From assembly GCA_049579585.1 (NCBI GenBank), contig JBAUOE010000105.1, positions 1 to 58,111 on the forward strand: a stretch of 58,111 bases of DNA. Reading direction: 5' to 3'. The translations under genes were made by a program, and so were the position numbers. Below the pieces are notes generated by a model. The model worked only from the letters and a program-made list of their open reading frames with translations, searched no databases and had not been told where the DNA came from. This DNA is from Solirubrobacterales bacterium (GTDB lineage: Bacteria > Actinomycetota > Thermoleophilia > Solirubrobacterales > 70-9). Below, piece by piece: positions 56,701 through 58,111 of the stretch (position 1 is the first letter of the stretch; the number at the start of each line of letters is the position of its first letter).

Positions 56701-57817
56701 AGACGGTTCGGTTTACAAGAACCTGGCCGGAAGCTGCCCGACCTTGGTCTGTCAGGGAATCGCGCCCTACTTCGGGGCTGACGCGATTACCGTCGGGGTA
56801 ACCGGACAGGGCGCGATTGGCGACCTGGACAGCAACGGCACCCCGGAGTACATGCAGCCGATGGCTGGCGGAGTCACCCTTTCGGCGGCGCTTGACGATG
56901 CCGGGCAGGCAGCCCTGCCGGCTGTGTTCGACATGGCCTGGAATCCGAACGACGGCAGTGTGAAGGAGAACTTCCCGGTCAGTCAGGACGGATTCCCGTT
57001 CTTCGTCTCACCGATCGTCGCCAACCTGACCCCTGACGGAAACCGTTCGATGATCGCGTCGAACGATTCCTACTGGATTCATGCCCGTGGCCCGGATGGC
57101 AAAGAAGCCCCGGGATTCCCGAAATGGACCGGCCAGTGGACCTCGTTCGGTGGAGTTATCGGCGAGCCGAAGTTTGACGGCCAGCAGTATCTGTCCTACG
57201 GAACCCGTGAAGGTCAGATCTTCCTGTGGAAGGTCGGCGGAAATCCGGAACTCAGCAACGAGTGGTCCCATTACCGTCATGACGAACACAACTCTGGCCG
57301 TTACGGAAATGACACCCGTCCCCCGGCTGGCATGAAGGTAAAGGTCAAGCGATTCAAGAAGCAGGCCAAGCTGACCTGGGCGGCGCCCGGCAACAATGGC
57401 GTCAACAACGGGAAGGTCACCAAGTACCAGCTGTACCGCTCGACCAGCCAGATCAGTCTTGATTCGCTGGGCAAGGCGTCCAGGCTCAAGGCACCGAAGA
57501 TCCTCGCTCCGAACAAGACGCAGAAGATCAAGCTGTCAGCCAATACCAAGAAGAAGTTCTTCTTTGCGATCCGCGCCCAGGACTCGGCCGGTAACTGGTC
57601 CCAGCTCTCCAAGAACAAGGTCAAGCCGTTCAAGGTCAACTACAAGTTGATCAAGAAAAAGAAGAAGGTCTGTAAGAAGAAGTTCAAGGCCAGCAAGAAG
57701 AAGGCCAAAGGCAACAAGAAAAAGATCAAGCGGGCGAAGAAGCAGCAGAGCACCTGTATCCGCAAAGCCAAGAAGGCTGGCGGTCTCTCGGTCGGCAAGA
57801 AGAACAGCAAGAAGTAA
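53717..57817 (+). CDS. large secreted subtilase-like (S8-fold) / FG-GAP-type beta-propeller / FN3 protein with polylysine tail
   Basis: Start chosen at TTG 53717, with GGGAGG 7 nt upstream. Signal peptide ...TSTASA/AP. S8-like blocks are 'LVAYMEGGVN', 'DNDGNGYPNDISGWN', 'GYGHASG', 'TTSGATPFQAS' and 'GYGRVNIGKA'. There are five P-G-F/W-P propeller-type repeats, an FN3-like 'KLTWAAPGNNG..KYQLYRS' and a Lys-rich C-terminus. Confidence 0.8.
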   Translation: MNRNRICALIACCLFGLAIGTSTASAAPAPVLPPGPILPQAEWPNDPGFARCELQDPVSGCKDSEQWNIYGPMDGLCKAPGGVAFDQPRNSTQPSGGGLPCWASNASDPEGASGINMTGAWAQGNLGRDEMLVAYMEGGVNYSSDKIKDGLNAVYLNKGELPYPQGWDGQDLGRYDFDGNGRLDIRDYAKDPRVNPECPVDILAGGEVIEEEGTTRGCANDGQHRYTDSVKISGTKTAYLSPHDLIAVFGKCRIVDNRIADCGSGTKVDNDGNGYPNDISGWNAYNNTNDPQTEDSGYGHASGLMSLIGAEANNNFGDVGVCRECRVLPVKTGAESVGKADNWAPGLTYAVDAGAKSVASVVVSYTYSSAAREAVAYAISKNVLLSFDSNDFDSMDHTDGHLYDQVFPGNSVIQDQGGSDTKTFRARSNVTSYGTHSVFSGGETTTSGATPFQASFLGMVQSAAMDAVDNGDYPRTLTPNEVRQVLMNTASPVVPQVDHPTVPKQWPGNPDSTTDSTHSNWSTQYGYGRVNIGKATKLIYDGKVPPEALITSPSWYKYVDPARDADIEIKGHVKPSAWGSQGIGWTLEWALGADPKDSDFQTISTGAEGKEGVLGTLDVSQIPATYAAKDPANPITPFGPEQYTVSIRLRAVDGNGLKGEDRRSFGARSDAGLVEGFPKSIDTEISAAPTFVDLNGKRQQELVFGTMDGVVSALMPDGNQAPGFPVYTKELREIDPNNPQNFDAASYRSVPALREARDPISGIAVGDLTGNGSQSIVAATTSGWVYAWSNRGALRPGFPVRPKAIYDTKPVPTPMAGNRHRSPTRGNWSAPSLGNLMGNGELQILMSSFDGHVYAWQPNGKSVPGWPVEVSLPDSIKNTIPPEDFFRDPKLMTTPAVGDVLGTGTDQVFLPGFDCDDNKGEVFGYGIQSEGNRAPGGKYLPGWPVRMKSLAGCYSESIDFVQEGGNAASIADFDGSGINRIQMTPVTGFPQIINADGSVYKNLAGSCPTLVCQGIAPYFGADAITVGVTGQGAIGDLDSNGTPEYMQPMAGGVTLSAALDDAGQAALPAVFDMAWNPNDGSVKENFPVSQDGFPFFVSPIVANLTPDGNRSMIASNDSYWIHARGPDGKEAPGFPKWTGQWTSFGGVIGEPKFDGQQYLSYGTREGQIFLWKVGGNPELSNEWSHYRHDEHNSGRYGNDTRPPAGMKVKVKRFKKQAKLTWAAPGNNGVNNGKVTKYQLYRSTSQISLDSLGKASRLKAPKILAPNKTQKIKLSANTKKKFFFAIRAQDSAGNWSQLSKNKVKPFKVNYKLIKKKKKVCKKKFKASKKKAKGNKKKIKRAKKQQSTCIRKAKKAGGLSVGKKNSKK

Positions 57818-57838
57818 CTGAACTGAAGCGATAGTTCA

Positions 57839-57910
57839 TGGGGACGGAGGTGGATACCAAATTGCCTTCGCTCAGACAGACACGGAATTCGGCACCCACC
57901 TCCGTCCCCA
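57839..57910 (+). terminator. long hairpin 22 nt after the stop of the large gene (terminator-like, no U-tract)
   Basis: TGGGGACGGAGGTGG ... CCACCTCCGTCCCCA: a 15-bp perfect stem enclosing about 42 nt that can extend the stem imperfectly (CCAAATT / GAATTCGG). Confidence 0.35.
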
Positions 57911-58111
57911 CCGTCGCTGCTTGACCAACGGTCGCGGCGCCTGACGAAGCTGTATCCAGAAGCGACCAAAGCCTGACCGCTGCTGCGGTCGCCGGGTCAT
58001 CGGCGAGTGCGCAACCTGCCACGAAACCCGCCGGGTTGGCACCCCGCACTGCGGAAACTGCGGAGCAAGCTGAGGTCCGGGTCGACTTTGCCCCGGATGC
58101 CGCGGCAAAGT

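Noticed and set aside
57945-58073. Zinc-ribbon-like reading frame (…CATCHETRRVGTPHCGNCGAS*), followed in the same frame by CPGC after the stop.
   Set aside because: There is no ATG, GTG or TTG start between the upstream stop (57942) and the motif, and the frame is interrupted by TGA. It is probably chance in GC-rich DNA, though a recoding event cannot be excluded without more sequence.
57925-58111. Frame open to the window edge (…AAPDEAVSRSDQSLTAAAVAGSSASAQPATKPAGLAPRTAETAEQAEVRVDFAPDAAAK).
   Set aside because: The only candidate starts are weak (CTG, or TTG at 58036). There is no recognisable motif, and the sequence is too short and truncated to call a gene.

Overview
High-GC, very gene-dense chromosomal segment with about 60 CDS, one tRNA and very little non-coding DNA. 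It looks like core genome of an Actinomycetota-like Gram-positive bacterium, based on an Rpf domain, a uvrC-rapZ...gap-pgk-tpiA block and a PknB-type kinase; the lineage is inference only.

Layout:
(i) A 5'-partial delta-60 repeat protein, a membrane-anchored coiled-coil protein, secG, and a split System I cytochrome c maturation set. ccmE, ccmF and a CcmI-like gene lie on the minus strand and ccmG-ccmH on the plus strand, separated by an SDR, a GT2 and tRNA-Gly(CCC).
(ii) argS, rlmH, an M48 protease, a metallophosphoesterase and a Ser/Thr kinase.
(iii) An ABC exporter, tgt, gpmI-tpiA-pgk-gap, a VOC protein, a second ABC-2 exporter, rapZ and uvrC.
(iv) A crotonase/MaoC/PaaI acyl-CoA cluster with a TetR regulator.
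(v) An orphan Tad-like cassette: two TadE-like genes coupled to a TadG-like anchor fused to M15 and SLT peptidoglycan hydrolase domains. A SAM methyltransferase and an EEP-family enzyme follow.
(vi) An ~11 kb same-strand phosphate/polyphosphate block: pstSCAB-phoU-ppx-CHAD-ppk1-DUF47-pit plus two small membrane ORFs. It is preceded by an 11-nt-periodic PHO-box-like array and an orphan PhoP/OmpR-type regulator.
(vii) A TetR/AhpD-like pair, then rpf, a catalytically eroded Ppx/GppA-fold gene, an HD protein and an HDAC-family deacetylase.
(viii) A lipoate-ligase-like gene, an RDD protein, and a 1366-aa secreted subtilase-like/FG-GAP/FN3 protein with a polylysine tail.

No CRISPR array, IS element, integrase, rRNA or obvious defence system was seen. 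The best candidates for something undescribed are the Tad-like/peptidoglycan-hydrolase cassette and the pseudo-Ppx/HD/deacetylase operon. A Cys-type CcmE and the PHO-box array are also notable. All functional calls rest on motif reading by eye; no database search was run.
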